64,000 nucleotides of DNA from an uncultured Nitrospiraceae bacterium (GCA_963730935.1 CAVSTP010000003.1:1-64000); one strand, 5' to 3'; counted from the first letter of the stretch, positions 31,329-40,518 are shown. The notes: generated from the letters alone by a model not told the origin. Made by a program: numbers and translations.

Positions 31329-31541
31329 ATGATTCGCGTATCACCTCTCCCCATCCGCGAAGGTCTTCAGGAGTTTTTCCGTCACTGCGAGCGCCTGATA
31401 GGCAAGGCTCTGCAACCTGACCATGCGCCGTTCTCGCAGGATGAGCTGCAGATGATGTGTTATTACGCCAATGAAATCGCGAAGGTCGTCGATTCGCAGA
31501 GGCTTCACGAGCAGAGCAATGGGAAACCGTCAACGAGATAG
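31329..31541 (+). CDS. 70-aa member of small 'CE-x-L' paralog family
   Basis: LQEFFRHCERLI...FSQDELQMMCYYANEI; upstream sigma-70-like TTGACT-17-TAAGGT at 31224. Confidence 0.72.
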   Translation: MIRVSPLPIREGLQEFFRHCERLIGKALQPDHAPFSQDELQMMCYYANEIAKVVDSQRLHEQSNGKPSTR

Positions 31542-31548
31542 GATCACG

Positions 31549-31755
31549 ATGCAATTAGAAGAAAATTTACCGTGGATCACCCAAAAAGCGCGAACTCGTC
31601 AAGGCATTATCCGTCCACTGCCCAAGCCCACGTGTCGGTGCGTGTGGGAACGAGTGACCCGCCGCCGATGGTTGGATCTGCTGAGCTGGGTGGGATGGTA
31701 TCCATGGCAATGCAGGCACTGTCAGACCCGTTCCCATTTCCGTTCCCGATTCTAA
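31549..31755 (+). CDS. small zinc-ribbon-like protein
   Basis: 'CRC' ... 'YPWQCRHCQTR'. Confidence 0.5.
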   Translation: MQLEENLPWITQKARTRQGIIRPLPKPTCRCVWERVTRRRWLDLLSWVGWYPWQCRHCQTRSHFRSRF

Positions 31756-31901
31756 AGCCGAAAGACTCCCCCTAACGTGAATACCTTATTGCCCTGTCCT
31801 TAAAAAGCGCCCATACTCCCTACCTACAACTCCGACACCACCTTGCGACGGTTTTCTGGGGGCCACCCCGCCGAGCCAAGCGGCGACCAAGTATCTACTG
31901 G

Positions 31902-31923
31902 CAGCGAACTAACAAACCGCAAG
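31902..31923 (+). repeat. degenerate att-like core related to the 12364 copy
   Basis: CAGCGAACTAACAAACCGCAAG. Confidence 0.45.
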
Positions 31924-32056
31924 TACAACTCTCCTTATGGCCATTGCTGTCAGCCACACTTCAGGGGGTCGGAGATTCTGCAATTCTCAGATTGCTCCGT
32001 GTTGTGCTCTACCTCGACGGATTGAAATACCCGAGGCGCTGCGAATGGTGTGAGGC

Positions 32057-33826
32057 TTAATCTGCCGGAATGTGGGTCATAGGCGATGCAGGTTGCTCTT
32101 CGCGAATCGTGACCTTCGGTTGGTTAGAAAGCAGCACATATCCGTATCGTTTCAGCACCGGAACGAGTCGTTCCGCCTCAGGAGGCAAGGTTGAGCGGTA
32201 GGGTTCCGGGAACAACACCATCGTCTTGCCCGGTTGCTTCAACAAAGTCGTGATCGTGTTTTCCTCTCCCGAATCAACGAATATGACTTTACGTTGCGCA
32301 TAAAACACCGTGGATGGTCTCGTGGCACCATAGACGATGAAGTGATCGTTAGGAGCAAGGCTCGCACCTGCGGTATAGGCCAATTCCTGCGGTGGAGCAA
32401 TAAAATATCGGTTCAGCAGCGGAAAGGTCAACCCAATGGCGATCAAGGCTACTAACCCAAGTGCCACACCAGCAGCCCAAAACACTCCAGCACGACGTCC
32501 TTCATGCCGTCCGAAGTACCCCACGACTGCCATGCCGACCAGCAGGACCATCGCAGCCATATAAGGTCCCGCATTCCAGGCGCTCGGGTCTAGCAGGTTT
32601 GCTGCCGGAAACTGTTTCAGCATCTTGCTAAGAAATCGGTTGTAGGTCCACGGGATCATCGAAAAACCCAACGCTAATAAGAATCCAAGTCCCATCATCA
32701 CATGGATGGAAGTCCGCACGCCTTTCCGGACCGGCTCCAGTAGCGCTCGCTGCCAGTACATCGCCGTCAACAGAGCTGCCGCGGGAAAGAGCGGGGCAAT
32801 GTAATGTTGGAGCCTCGTGGCCGAAAGTGTAAAAAACGCAAATGCGCCGATGATCCAGACAGTTGCAAACAGCTGTAACTCATCGGATGCAGCTTCGATG
32901 TCCTGTCTGTGAGGTGACGATGCATCGAATCTCCTGCGCAAACTTCGCCAGGCCTGCACGGCCTCATACATCGCCATAGGCAGCAGACCGCTCCAAGGGA
33001 AAAATCCTAAAAGGAGGACTGGAAAGTAGAAAAACAGTCCGAAGCCATGTCCTTCCATGGGCGCCATGAAGCGGCCGACTGTGTGGGCTTTCGCAACCGT
33101 CACATACGCGAGCCCGTGAATCCACAACATGGTCGCGTACCAGGGGAGCGTCAGAGCGATAAAGACTACTAGTCCAAGCAGAGGGAATCCGCGGTGCCAG
33201 TAGCCAGTCCACCGGCGGGTGAGGGACAAATACAGACTCATCGTAAGAAGAGGGATGATGAATCCGACGGGTCCCTTAGTTAGCGTGGCGAATGCCATGC
33301 CGGCATAAAACACCCAGAACCAATGGCGACCTCGCCCGGTACTGTGAAGGCCTGCCCAGAGTCCCCATTGTGCCGCAGTCGTGAAAAAGACCAATACACT
33401 ATCGGTCAACGCCAGGCGATTGAGAAAAATGATTTCGCAATTGAGAAGCAACATGAGCGAACTCAACAACGCAACCTGCTGATTCTGCCAGCGAGCCGTG
33501 AACCAGTACTGAAGAAGGATCAGCGCCATTCCGAACAGTGCCGAGTGGAATCTGGCAGCAAACTCGTTCGTGCCAAACATGTGATAGGAGGCCGTCATCA
33601 ACCAATATACGAACGCCGGTTTATAAAAACGCGGTTCATAATTGAACGTCGGTGTGATCCAATCGCCGGTTTCAAACATTTCACGACCCGCTTCCGCATT
33701 TCGTCCTTCGTCGCGGTCCGTCAAACCAACGGACCCCAATCCCCCAAATAACAGAATGCCGGCTAACGCAATGAGAATGGCGAGGCTCGAGAGATGTCGG
33801 ACGGGGGGCGTGGGGAGAGAATCCAT
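32057..33826 (-). CDS. ArnT/GT39 family membrane glycosyltransferase
   Basis: 'TDRDEGRNAEAGREM', 'KP..YW', 'LTKGPVG', many TM helices. Confidence 0.9.
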   Translation of the reverse strand: MDSLPTPPVRHLSSLAILIALAGILLFGGLGSVGLTDRDEGRNAEAGREMFETGDWITPTFNYEPRFYKPAFVYWLMTASYHMFGTNEFAARFHSALFGMALILLQYWFTARWQNQQVALLSSLMLLLNCEIIFLNRLALTDSVLVFFTTAAQWGLWAGLHSTGRGRHWFWVFYAGMAFATLTKGPVGFIIPLLTMSLYLSLTRRWTGYWHRGFPLLGLVVFIALTLPWYATMLWIHGLAYVTVAKAHTVGRFMAPMEGHGFGLFFYFPVLLLGFFPWSGLLPMAMYEAVQAWRSLRRRFDASSPHRQDIEAASDELQLFATVWIIGAFAFFTLSATRLQHYIAPLFPAAALLTAMYWQRALLEPVRKGVRTSIHVMMGLGFLLALGFSMIPWTYNRFLSKMLKQFPAANLLDPSAWNAGPYMAAMVLLVGMAVVGYFGRHEGRRAGVFWAAGVALGLVALIAIGLTFPLLNRYFIAPPQELAYTAGASLAPNDHFIVYGATRPSTVFYAQRKVIFVDSGEENTITTLLKQPGKTMVLFPEPYRSTLPPEAERLVPVLKRYGYVLLSNQPKVTIREEQPASPMTHIPAD

Positions 33827-33829
33827 GCT

Positions 33830-34020
33830 TACTATCAGCTATGCCAGGTGGAGAGAATGGTTCTCCGAGCCGACTGATGACCTGAGCGACAAATCAGCAC
33901 CGATGGCTATCTGGCTCTTGGCGCTCCGTTCCAAACCGATCACCTATAAGCCCCGCGTCTGAAGAAAAGCGCCTGCCCCAAGCATCCAATTGTGATCCAC
34001 ATTATTGCAGTTTGCGACAT
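33830..34020 (-). pseudogene. lipid A biosynthesis N-terminal domain (LAB_N) protein remnant
   Basis: 'WITIGCLGQALFF' then frameshifted 'IGLERSAKSQIA'; truncated. Confidence 0.6.
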
Positions 34021-34028
34021 CAGGCCGT

Positions 34029-34790
34029 CTATTTCCGGAGCGCGCCGCGAGCAGATAAGGGATTCCGGTATTTGTACGTGAGCACCCGTCGGCTCATCCA
34101 GCGAACGGCAATTAGATCGTACAGGCCTTTGAAGAGGCGGTTCCCCACACCAAATTTGGCCACTCCATGGATACGCGAATAATGACGGACAGGGACTTCT
34201 TTGACCGTAAACCCACACATGAGGGCCAGTGCCGGGAAGAACCGGTGCAAGCCCTCGAAGAGCTGCAATCGCTCCATGACGGGCCGACGAAAAATCTTTA
34301 AGGGACACGCCGTGTCATGGACACCGTCATGTGTGAAGATATTTCTGATGAAATTGCCCACCAAGGACGACATCCTGCGGACGAGGTTGTCTTGTCGATC
34401 TTTTCGCCAGCCACAGACCAGGTCATAGGTTTCGGTATAGGGCAACAGCTTCAAAATGTCGCCGCTGTCCTGTTGAAGATCTCCGTCAGTGTGGATAATG
34501 AGCTCGCCGTCGCTGTTATTGAACCCGGCATCGAGCGCAGCGGTCTTCCCGTAGTTACGTTCAAAGTGGAGGGCTCTCACTTCGTGATACTGAGCAGCTA
34601 ATCCATCCATGACTTCACTGCTCCCGTCGGTACTGCCGTCGTCGACGAGAATGATTTCAAATGGCCGAGTCTGTGAGGAGGGATGCGCACGCATGACCGA
34701 GAGCAAACTCTCGATCAGCGGAGGAAGATTCTCTCGCTCATCCTTTATCGGGACAATGACAGAAGCCCATGGGTGTGACGCATCGGTCAT
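34029..34790 (-). CDS. GT2 polyprenol-phosphate glycosyltransferase (ArnC/DPM1-like)
   Basis: 'VDDGSTDGS', 'NYGKTAALDAG', 'DGDLQQD', 'GLHRFFP'. Confidence 0.9.
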   Translation of the reverse strand: MTDASHPWASVIVPIKDERENLPPLIESLLSVMRAHPSSQTRPFEIILVDDGSTDGSSEVMDGLAAQYHEVRALHFERNYGKTAALDAGFNNSDGELIIHTDGDLQQDSGDILKLLPYTETYDLVCGWRKDRQDNLVRRMSSLVGNFIRNIFTHDGVHDTACPLKIFRRPVMERLQLFEGLHRFFPALALMCGFTVKEVPVRHYSRIHGVAKFGVGNRLFKGLYDLIAVRWMSRRVLTYKYRNPLSARGALRK

Positions 34791-35116
34791 GAAAAGCCGA
34801 CTCGCTCGATGTCAGCGGTCCAAGAAGAGCTCGCGGCAGCATTCTATCGAAGGCCTTGACGACGGTCAATCGCGGCGTGATACGGCAGTCCAAAGCGAAA
34901 TTGTAAAGTGGCCTCTGAAGGGTTACACGACCGCATACCTGGGATTTCAGCAGCAAGATTTGCGATCTGTTCCTTCACTTATTCACCGAGCTTAAATTAC
35001 CCACGTCTTTTTGCCGTGCAGAGATTAACCAAATCGCGGGTCAGGTCGTTCGCCTCGCATTCGCCTCCTTGACAGTCGAACCCCACTTCAAGGATGTTGG
35101 CGTTGAGGAGACCGCA

Positions 35117-35674
35117 ATGAAGTCCCTTCTCCAGGCTCTCTTGTTCAGTCTTGTATGCGGTGGATGCTCTTATCAGGTCTTTCCCTCTGAAGCCTTGGAG
35201 GGCGTCGAGCATAATTTTGATTTTGCTCGTTGGCGCATGGTTTCAAGCCAAATTGAGCCTACAAAAGTTGAATTGGGTGGTCGCATCCTTGAGACACAAA
35301 CCATAGGCGAGATAATTACCATCGTCACGACTGAACTTCCCGTCGTCAATTATCCCGCCTACGGTCCCAAGCAGGGAAAGAAAAAGAGCAAAGGAGAGTT
35401 TGTGATTACCTATCAGGGCATGATAGATAAGCCATTCCTTCAACCCGGAAATCGAATCATGGTCGTCGGCATCACCCGTGGCGCGAAGCTGGTTGCGGTC
35501 GATGACGTGATGCGAAGCCTTCCCGCACTCGAAGGCCGGTGTGTCCACATCTGGAAAACGGGAGATACGGATATTGCCGATTATGCATCCAGCGGAGCCG
35601 GTTACGGCGTTCTGGAAGAGGAAACCTTCTGTACTTCCACTTCCCCTGACAGCAGAAAAAAGATTCCTGCCTGA
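35117..35674 (+). CDS. Slp family outer membrane lipoprotein
   Basis: RBS GAGGAG, lipobox 'CGGC', 'VELGGRI', 'GNRIMVVG', 'HIW'. Confidence 0.75.
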   Translation: MKSLLQALLFSLVCGGCSYQVFPSEALEGVEHNFDFARWRMVSSQIEPTKVELGGRILETQTIGEIITIVTTELPVVNYPAYGPKQGKKKSKGEFVITYQGMIDKPFLQPGNRIMVVGITRGAKLVAVDDVMRSLPALEGRCVHIWKTGDTDIADYASSGAGYGVLEEETFCTSTSPDSRKKIPA

Positions 35675-35739
35675 ATCCACTGAGCGTCTAGTGCCAATCC
35701 GTTACAACGAAATCCCACTTTGAGCTTCAATCTTCAATC

Positions 35740-35842
35740 TGCTACCTCGCTGCTACCAGGACAGGACAAACCAGTCCCATCAGGCCCCATGTCAGGAGCG
35801 TCCGTCCTTGTGGTTTCTTGTGGGTTTAGGTTGTCTGAGGTT
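35740..35842 (+). repeat. end block type B, ending before the core
   Basis: Near-identical to 28343-28455 minus one 10-bp unit. Confidence 0.88.
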
Positions 35843-36083
35843 ACATTCAGTTTTTATCGAGTTGGGTGCAACGGCAATATGGGAACCCACGCTAAGAGCG
35901 ATGGGAGGGTGCGCCTTTCAACATAGAATGCCTGGCCACACAGTTAGCCTTTGGAGTATAGACACCAGAGAGTGCGTCTGGGGTACGGGCGGAGCGGACA
36001 GGTGACCCTTGTTGGTCTAGTCCTGTCCACCCAATCCCCTTTATTTCGTGATTTCCAGTATTCTTTTGCCGCGCCCGAGACAA

Positions 36084-36102
36084 CTCATAAACCGCAGGTC
36101 GC
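36084..36102 (+). repeat. truncated tRNA-like core (loop CTCATAA + ACCGCAGGTCGC)
   Basis: Same core as the other copies; lies 5' of the likely true start of the next gene. Confidence 0.7.
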
Positions 36103-36155
36103 TTGGTACCATGGCAGCCGGGCTGATCGGGTTGAAAGTAGAAGGATCGTCCCTC

Positions 36156-37190
36156 GTGAATTGGATTACACACACCGCCTTTCTTTTTGGATGTCTTGTC
36201 CTCGAAGTGGCCTGTAATCAGGAAAACCGTTCAGCCGGGCTCGGCAGGATCCTCCAGGCAGACCCCGCCTTAAGCCACGTTGTCCCTACAGATGCGAGTC
36301 TCGAAAAGCTGGTAGGTGGGTTTACGCTTCTCGAGGGGCCGGTTTGGAGTGTTAGTGGTGCCCTTTTGTTCAGCGACATGGTGGGCCATTTGATTTACAC
36401 ATGGAGTCCTCAATCTGGCCTATCCGTGTTTCCAGCGAAAATGGAATATGCTGCAGTGAAGCATACAAAGGGTTCATCAGGACCTAACGGCCTGGCATTC
36501 GACAAAAAAGGTAGACTTACGATCTGTGAGCATGGGAATCGGCGGGTGACCCGTCTTGAAAAGGACGGTAGCCTCACGGTCTTGGCTGAGCGCTATGAAA
36601 GCAAGCGGCTCAACAGTCCGAATGACCTGGTTTATCGATCGGACGGACTCTTGTACTTCACCGACCCGCCACTTGGCTTGCGGGGAAAAGATGCCGATCC
36701 ACGCAAGGAGCTTCTATACAACGGTGTCTTTATTTTCTCCGAAGGCAAGCTCGAGTTGGTGAGTGACGAACTACACAGCCCCAACGGTTTGGCTTTCTCT
36801 CCTGACGAAAAATATCTGTATGTGGGGAATGACGACCGTAAGAAGCTAGTTATTATGCGGTATGAAGTTAATCCTAATGGGACTTTTTCAAACGGTGAGG
36901 TATTCTTCAACGTGGCGTCCGTGACGAAAGCAGAAGGGATTGACGGAATGAAAGTGGATGTAGAGGGTAACGTCTATGTCACCGCTCTGAGCGGCGTGGT
37001 CATTATTGACGGGAAGGGCAAACATCTGGGGACTATAGAAGCACCTGAAGAGCTAACCAACCTCGCATGGGGTGATGATGATCGAAAATCACTCTATATT
37101 ACCGCATTAAAAGGGCTCTACCGGATCCGCCTAAACATCCCAGGGACCCAACCTTTCCTCCGTCAACCGAATGATGGAGCGAAAAGCTAG
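36156..37190 (+). CDS. SMP-30/gluconolactonase family protein
   Basis: 'EGPVW', 'PNGL', 'NSPNDL', 'FTDPP', 'DGMKVD'; GTG start after GAAGGA chosen. Confidence 0.9.
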   Translation: MNWITHTAFLFGCLVLEVACNQENRSAGLGRILQADPALSHVVPTDASLEKLVGGFTLLEGPVWSVSGALLFSDMVGHLIYTWSPQSGLSVFPAKMEYAAVKHTKGSSGPNGLAFDKKGRLTICEHGNRRVTRLEKDGSLTVLAERYESKRLNSPNDLVYRSDGLLYFTDPPLGLRGKDADPRKELLYNGVFIFSEGKLELVSDELHSPNGLAFSPDEKYLYVGNDDRKKLVIMRYEVNPNGTFSNGEVFFNVASVTKAEGIDGMKVDVEGNVYVTALSGVVIIDGKGKHLGTIEAPEELTNLAWGDDDRKSLYITALKGLYRIRLNIPGTQPFLRQPNDGAKS

Positions 37191-37323
37191 ATGTGCTTCA
37201 GTGATGAAAGTTGTCGCGCGTAGTGAGAGAAGTCATCGAGCCAGTATCCGACCCGCTTAATCAAGTCCCCTTGGCCTTCCTGCAGTCCAGTAAATGCTCG
37301 CCCCGGCTTGCGCATCCGCTGGG

Positions 37324-38817
37324 CTATCTATTGACTCCGACGCTGCTCCAGGTGACGATGCTGCCTACAAGAATTCCTTTTACCCAGACCGGCCGCCCTA
37401 TCACCACCTTCTCAAAAAATGCCATGCGGCCAATCGCCCCATAAAGTCCGACAAATTCATTGTCCGGTATCCCGGACGTATCAATGCTGGTATTGGCCAG
37501 CAGGACCTGGGGATCAGCCGCCAATTGTAGAGGTGCTTGCATGACAATGCTGGTGGAGGGAATGGTTCGTTCCAGTTCTGTGGCCACCACGTGCTGCCCG
37601 TGAAGCAGTCTCGCGTGAACTTTCACGTGGTCGCCAATCCGGATGTCCTCAAAGCGACTAGGAGTGCCTTCGTCTTCCGTCACCGTTCGAGCGTCCCGTG
37701 CGATGGGAAGTCCCGGGAGACCGGCTAGGGTGAGAGTGCCGGATTGAAGGTCGATCGATTCGACGTTCGATTCCGCTACGACGTTCTCTTTGAAGGCCAC
37801 CTCGTGGGCTTCCAACACGCCTTGTACCAGCGCCCCATGAATCAACAGGTGGGCGCCAAGCGTGAGCTCGCTCACCGTACCTCCTTCAAATCTAGTGTCG
37901 GCTGAGACTTCTATCGGATGGTTACTAATCGCAAACCTGCCAGGATGCGTGACCTGAGTGATAAAGCCTTCGATTTTTGTGTCGGGGCTGTGCTCCACAG
38001 TCAGGCCTAATCGCTTCACCCTGGTAGCCGTAAGTCTGGCGCCATACGGCACTTCACTACGCGGTTGCCACTCGTCTCCTCGCACGTGGGCGAGGCGACC
38101 GTTCCAATCCGTCGTGTCGCCAGTCGCGATGTCACTGATGTCTGCAGATGAGTACTCCACCATGAGTTGGCCGATCTCGAACCGTTTATCCCGCGCATCG
38201 TGGTTCTTGATGATGCCCTGAACCTCATAGTGCGGCTTGCCGGTGCGCTTCATAATCAACGTAGCCAAAATGTGGCCATCGCTCGTGACCAAACCGCTTA
38301 CCTCGATGACATCTAGTCCTGGCGCGAGGTTACGAATAGATCGGCCTGGGATGTTGGCATCGATCACGGTTTTTGGATTCAGCGCGATAAATTGTCCAAG
38401 AACGATTAGGCTTGAGCCATCCTGGGCGACATACTGTACGACCCCCTCCACGGTTTCTTCGAAGGTAATTGTGTCGGCGACACGGGTCACTACAGTCTGG
38501 TCTGACGACTGCGCCGTTCCCTTGACGAGTACAACCATACCAAGCTTCAGGCTGTTCTCCGTGCTGCAGGGCTCACTATCAATGCAATACACAGCATTGG
38601 AATTGTCATATTCCGTCCCAGAGATAGACACGCTGCTCAGCTTGGTCACCGGCCCTGAGGCGACGCTGGAGACGCGGGAGGCGGATCCGGTCCCGCCAAC
38701 GCCACCGCCTGCCTGAGGGCTAGGACCGCACGAGGCTAGAACCAAGAAGGACAACGCCAGGGCAATCGCCATGTGGGCTGAATGGGATGAAAATCGTTTG
38801 AAGTAACGAAGATACAT
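37324..38817 (-). CDS. lipoprotein with repeated DUF5666-like domains
   Basis: Lipobox 'LASC', 'GGGVGGTG', repeated small beta domains ('LKLGMVVLVKG'). Confidence 0.75.
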   Translation of the reverse strand: MYLRYFKRFSSHSAHMAIALALSFLVLASCGPSPQAGGGVGGTGSASRVSSVASGPVTKLSSVSISGTEYDNSNAVYCIDSEPCSTENSLKLGMVVLVKGTAQSSDQTVVTRVADTITFEETVEGVVQYVAQDGSSLIVLGQFIALNPKTVIDANIPGRSIRNLAPGLDVIEVSGLVTSDGHILATLIMKRTGKPHYEVQGIIKNHDARDKRFEIGQLMVEYSSADISDIATGDTTDWNGRLAHVRGDEWQPRSEVPYGARLTATRVKRLGLTVEHSPDTKIEGFITQVTHPGRFAISNHPIEVSADTRFEGGTVSELTLGAHLLIHGALVQGVLEAHEVAFKENVVAESNVESIDLQSGTLTLAGLPGLPIARDARTVTEDEGTPSRFEDIRIGDHVKVHARLLHGQHVVATELERTIPSTSIVMQAPLQLAADPQVLLANTSIDTSGIPDNEFVGLYGAIGRMAFFEKVVIGRPVWVKGILVGSIVTWSSVGVNR

Positions 38818-39654
38818 CTATTTGTCCTGATCGAACCGTTCTTCAAAATGGTAGACACCCAGGCCCACCCGGACCCGACCCTTGCCTTTGACAGTCGGAT
38901 TGACATCGCGGTCGCGATGAGACAGCCATCGATCCAGCGCCTCAAGCATTTCTTGAGCACGCGCCTGGGCGACCGCCTGGAATGCCTGGGCCGATTCCAG
39001 CGGGACGTTGTCGTACATCACTTTTCGTTGCATTCTGGGAGAGGACGAGTTTCCGTACACGTTGTGGTCGATTGTCGCGATGAGGTCGGCCGTGTCCTGT
39101 CCGAGTATGGCCAACTTTTGGTCCGTGCCCTTCTGAGGGATGTTCCCTCTCACCGCTAGGCCGATCCGACCATCCTTTAACTGCGTAACAGCTCCCACTC
39201 GCACGAGTTCATCGAGCATGGCTCGGACAGGGATGTCCCCGCTATAGCGTTTGACCAGCGCGCTGAAGGACTGTCGTTTCCCAACCATGCGGAGCGGAAG
39301 CGGATGGCCATTGCCATCTCCGAAATCCGGATCGCGGAGCCATCCGGTAAGCACGCGAGCCGCGCGATTGTATTCGTCTTCATACTGATTCTCTCTCTGA
39401 ACAGGCATGTCGAGGAGCGCTTGTACTTCCTTGCGTGTTAGTCCAGTGAGGATGGCAATGCGCGAAATCGTAGCCTTCTTCTCGCCGATGCCGAATTCAT
39501 CACGCGCCACCGCCACATACGTTTCCTTCGCTATTTCATAGAACGACCTGGCGGCCATCCCATTGCGAAGCAGGATGCGGATCAGCGGCGGAAGTAACTT
39601 GCGGATTGCCGTCTGCAGCCCCTTGGCGCCCATTGTGCGGGAAGTTATTCCCAC
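38818..39654 (-). CDS. DUF6502 family protein
   Basis: 'PLIRILLRNG', 'SRIAILTGLTRKEV', 'ARVLTGWLRDPDF', 'SFSALVKRYSGDIP'. Confidence 0.8.
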   Translation of the reverse strand: MGITSRTMGAKGLQTAIRKLLPPLIRILLRNGMAARSFYEIAKETYVAVARDEFGIGEKKATISRIAILTGLTRKEVQALLDMPVQRENQYEDEYNRAARVLTGWLRDPDFGDGNGHPLPLRMVGKRQSFSALVKRYSGDIPVRAMLDELVRVGAVTQLKDGRIGLAVRGNIPQKGTDQKLAILGQDTADLIATIDHNVYGNSSSPRMQRKVMYDNVPLESAQAFQAVAQARAQEMLEALDRWLSHRDRDVNPTVKGKGRVRVGLGVYHFEERFDQDK

Positions 39655-39790
39655 ACGTACTAGATGTCAAGGGATACTTACCGGATGTCAAGTATGAGAG
39701 GGTGGCCCAGGCCGGAGGGGGGATTGAACCTTAGTATGGTTTCCTTTAGTATTGGGAAAAGTTTCCCACAGCAACGGTGGGAGAGGATGC

Positions 39791-40366
39791 GTGGGCTTTA
39801 AGACTCAAAAAATTACTGTGCCCCTGGAGCAATCCGTCGGCGAAGTACTTCGGCGTTTGCGACACAGAGAGCGGGTTTCTGTTCGGACACTGGCCAGTAA
39901 GTGTGGATGCTCACCCAGTTTCATTTCGCAAGTTGAATTGAATCAGGCATCGCCCTCGCTCGCTTCGTTAGAGCGCATTGCTGCGGGAATTGGTGTGACA
40001 TTAGGCGATTTCTTTCATGCTGCCGAGCACTCGGGACCGAGATTGGTTAGATCATCTCAGCGCCCTATGCTTCAGAATGGTTGGTCCCGTTCACAAATTG
40101 AATCGCTAGGAAATCCTGGCATCGCAAGCAGATTAGAGCCCCTATTGGTGACAATGCGCTGCGAAGGAACCAGCAGCTCGCGGCTCCAGACAAGTAACAG
40201 CGAGCAGTTTGCAATGGTCATTTCCGGTTCCGTGATGCTTGAACTAGCGGACGGCACTCACGTGCTTCGACGAGGTGATGCAATAACAATCCCGGCGGGT
40301 ACGCCACACCGATGGGAAAACAAAGGAACCAAGGACGCACAATTACTTAAGATTACGCCGCGCTAG
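39791..40366 (+). CDS. XRE HTH + cupin transcriptional regulator
   Basis: 'SVRTLASKCGCSPSFISQVE...PSL' plus cupin 'GDAITIPAGTPHRWEN'. Confidence 0.88.
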   Translation: MGFKTQKITVPLEQSVGEVLRRLRHRERVSVRTLASKCGCSPSFISQVELNQASPSLASLERIAAGIGVTLGDFFHAAEHSGPRLVRSSQRPMLQNGWSRSQIESLGNPGIASRLEPLLVTMRCEGTSSSRLQTSNSEQFAMVISGSVMLELADGTHVLRRGDAITIPAGTPHRWENKGTKDAQLLKITPR

Positions 40367-40518
40367 CTGCTGCTCCCAGGACAAGACAAACCAGCCAGAT
40401 CTGGCTCCGTGTCAGTACTATCCTCGTGTGTGGTTTCTTGTGGGTTAGTTGTCTGAGGTTGGACTATCTGAAATTCATAAACCGCAGGTCGCCCGTTCAA
40501 TCCGGGTCGCCGGCTCCA
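40362..40518 (+). repeat. end block type B + tRNA-Thr 3' half (40474-40518, loop TTCATAA)
   Basis: Block aligns with the 28343 copy; tRNA half identical to 16771 except G>A in the anticodon. Confidence 0.9.

Noticed and set aside
36048..36155. N-terminal extension of the gluconolactonase across the att core
   Set aside because: A better start with RBS and signal-like segment exists at 36156; the extension runs through the repeat.
16771..40518. Functional tRNA genes or a CRISPR array
   Set aside because: Only 3' halves are present (no D arm or 5' acceptor strand); repeats are kilobases apart with genes between; no cas genes.
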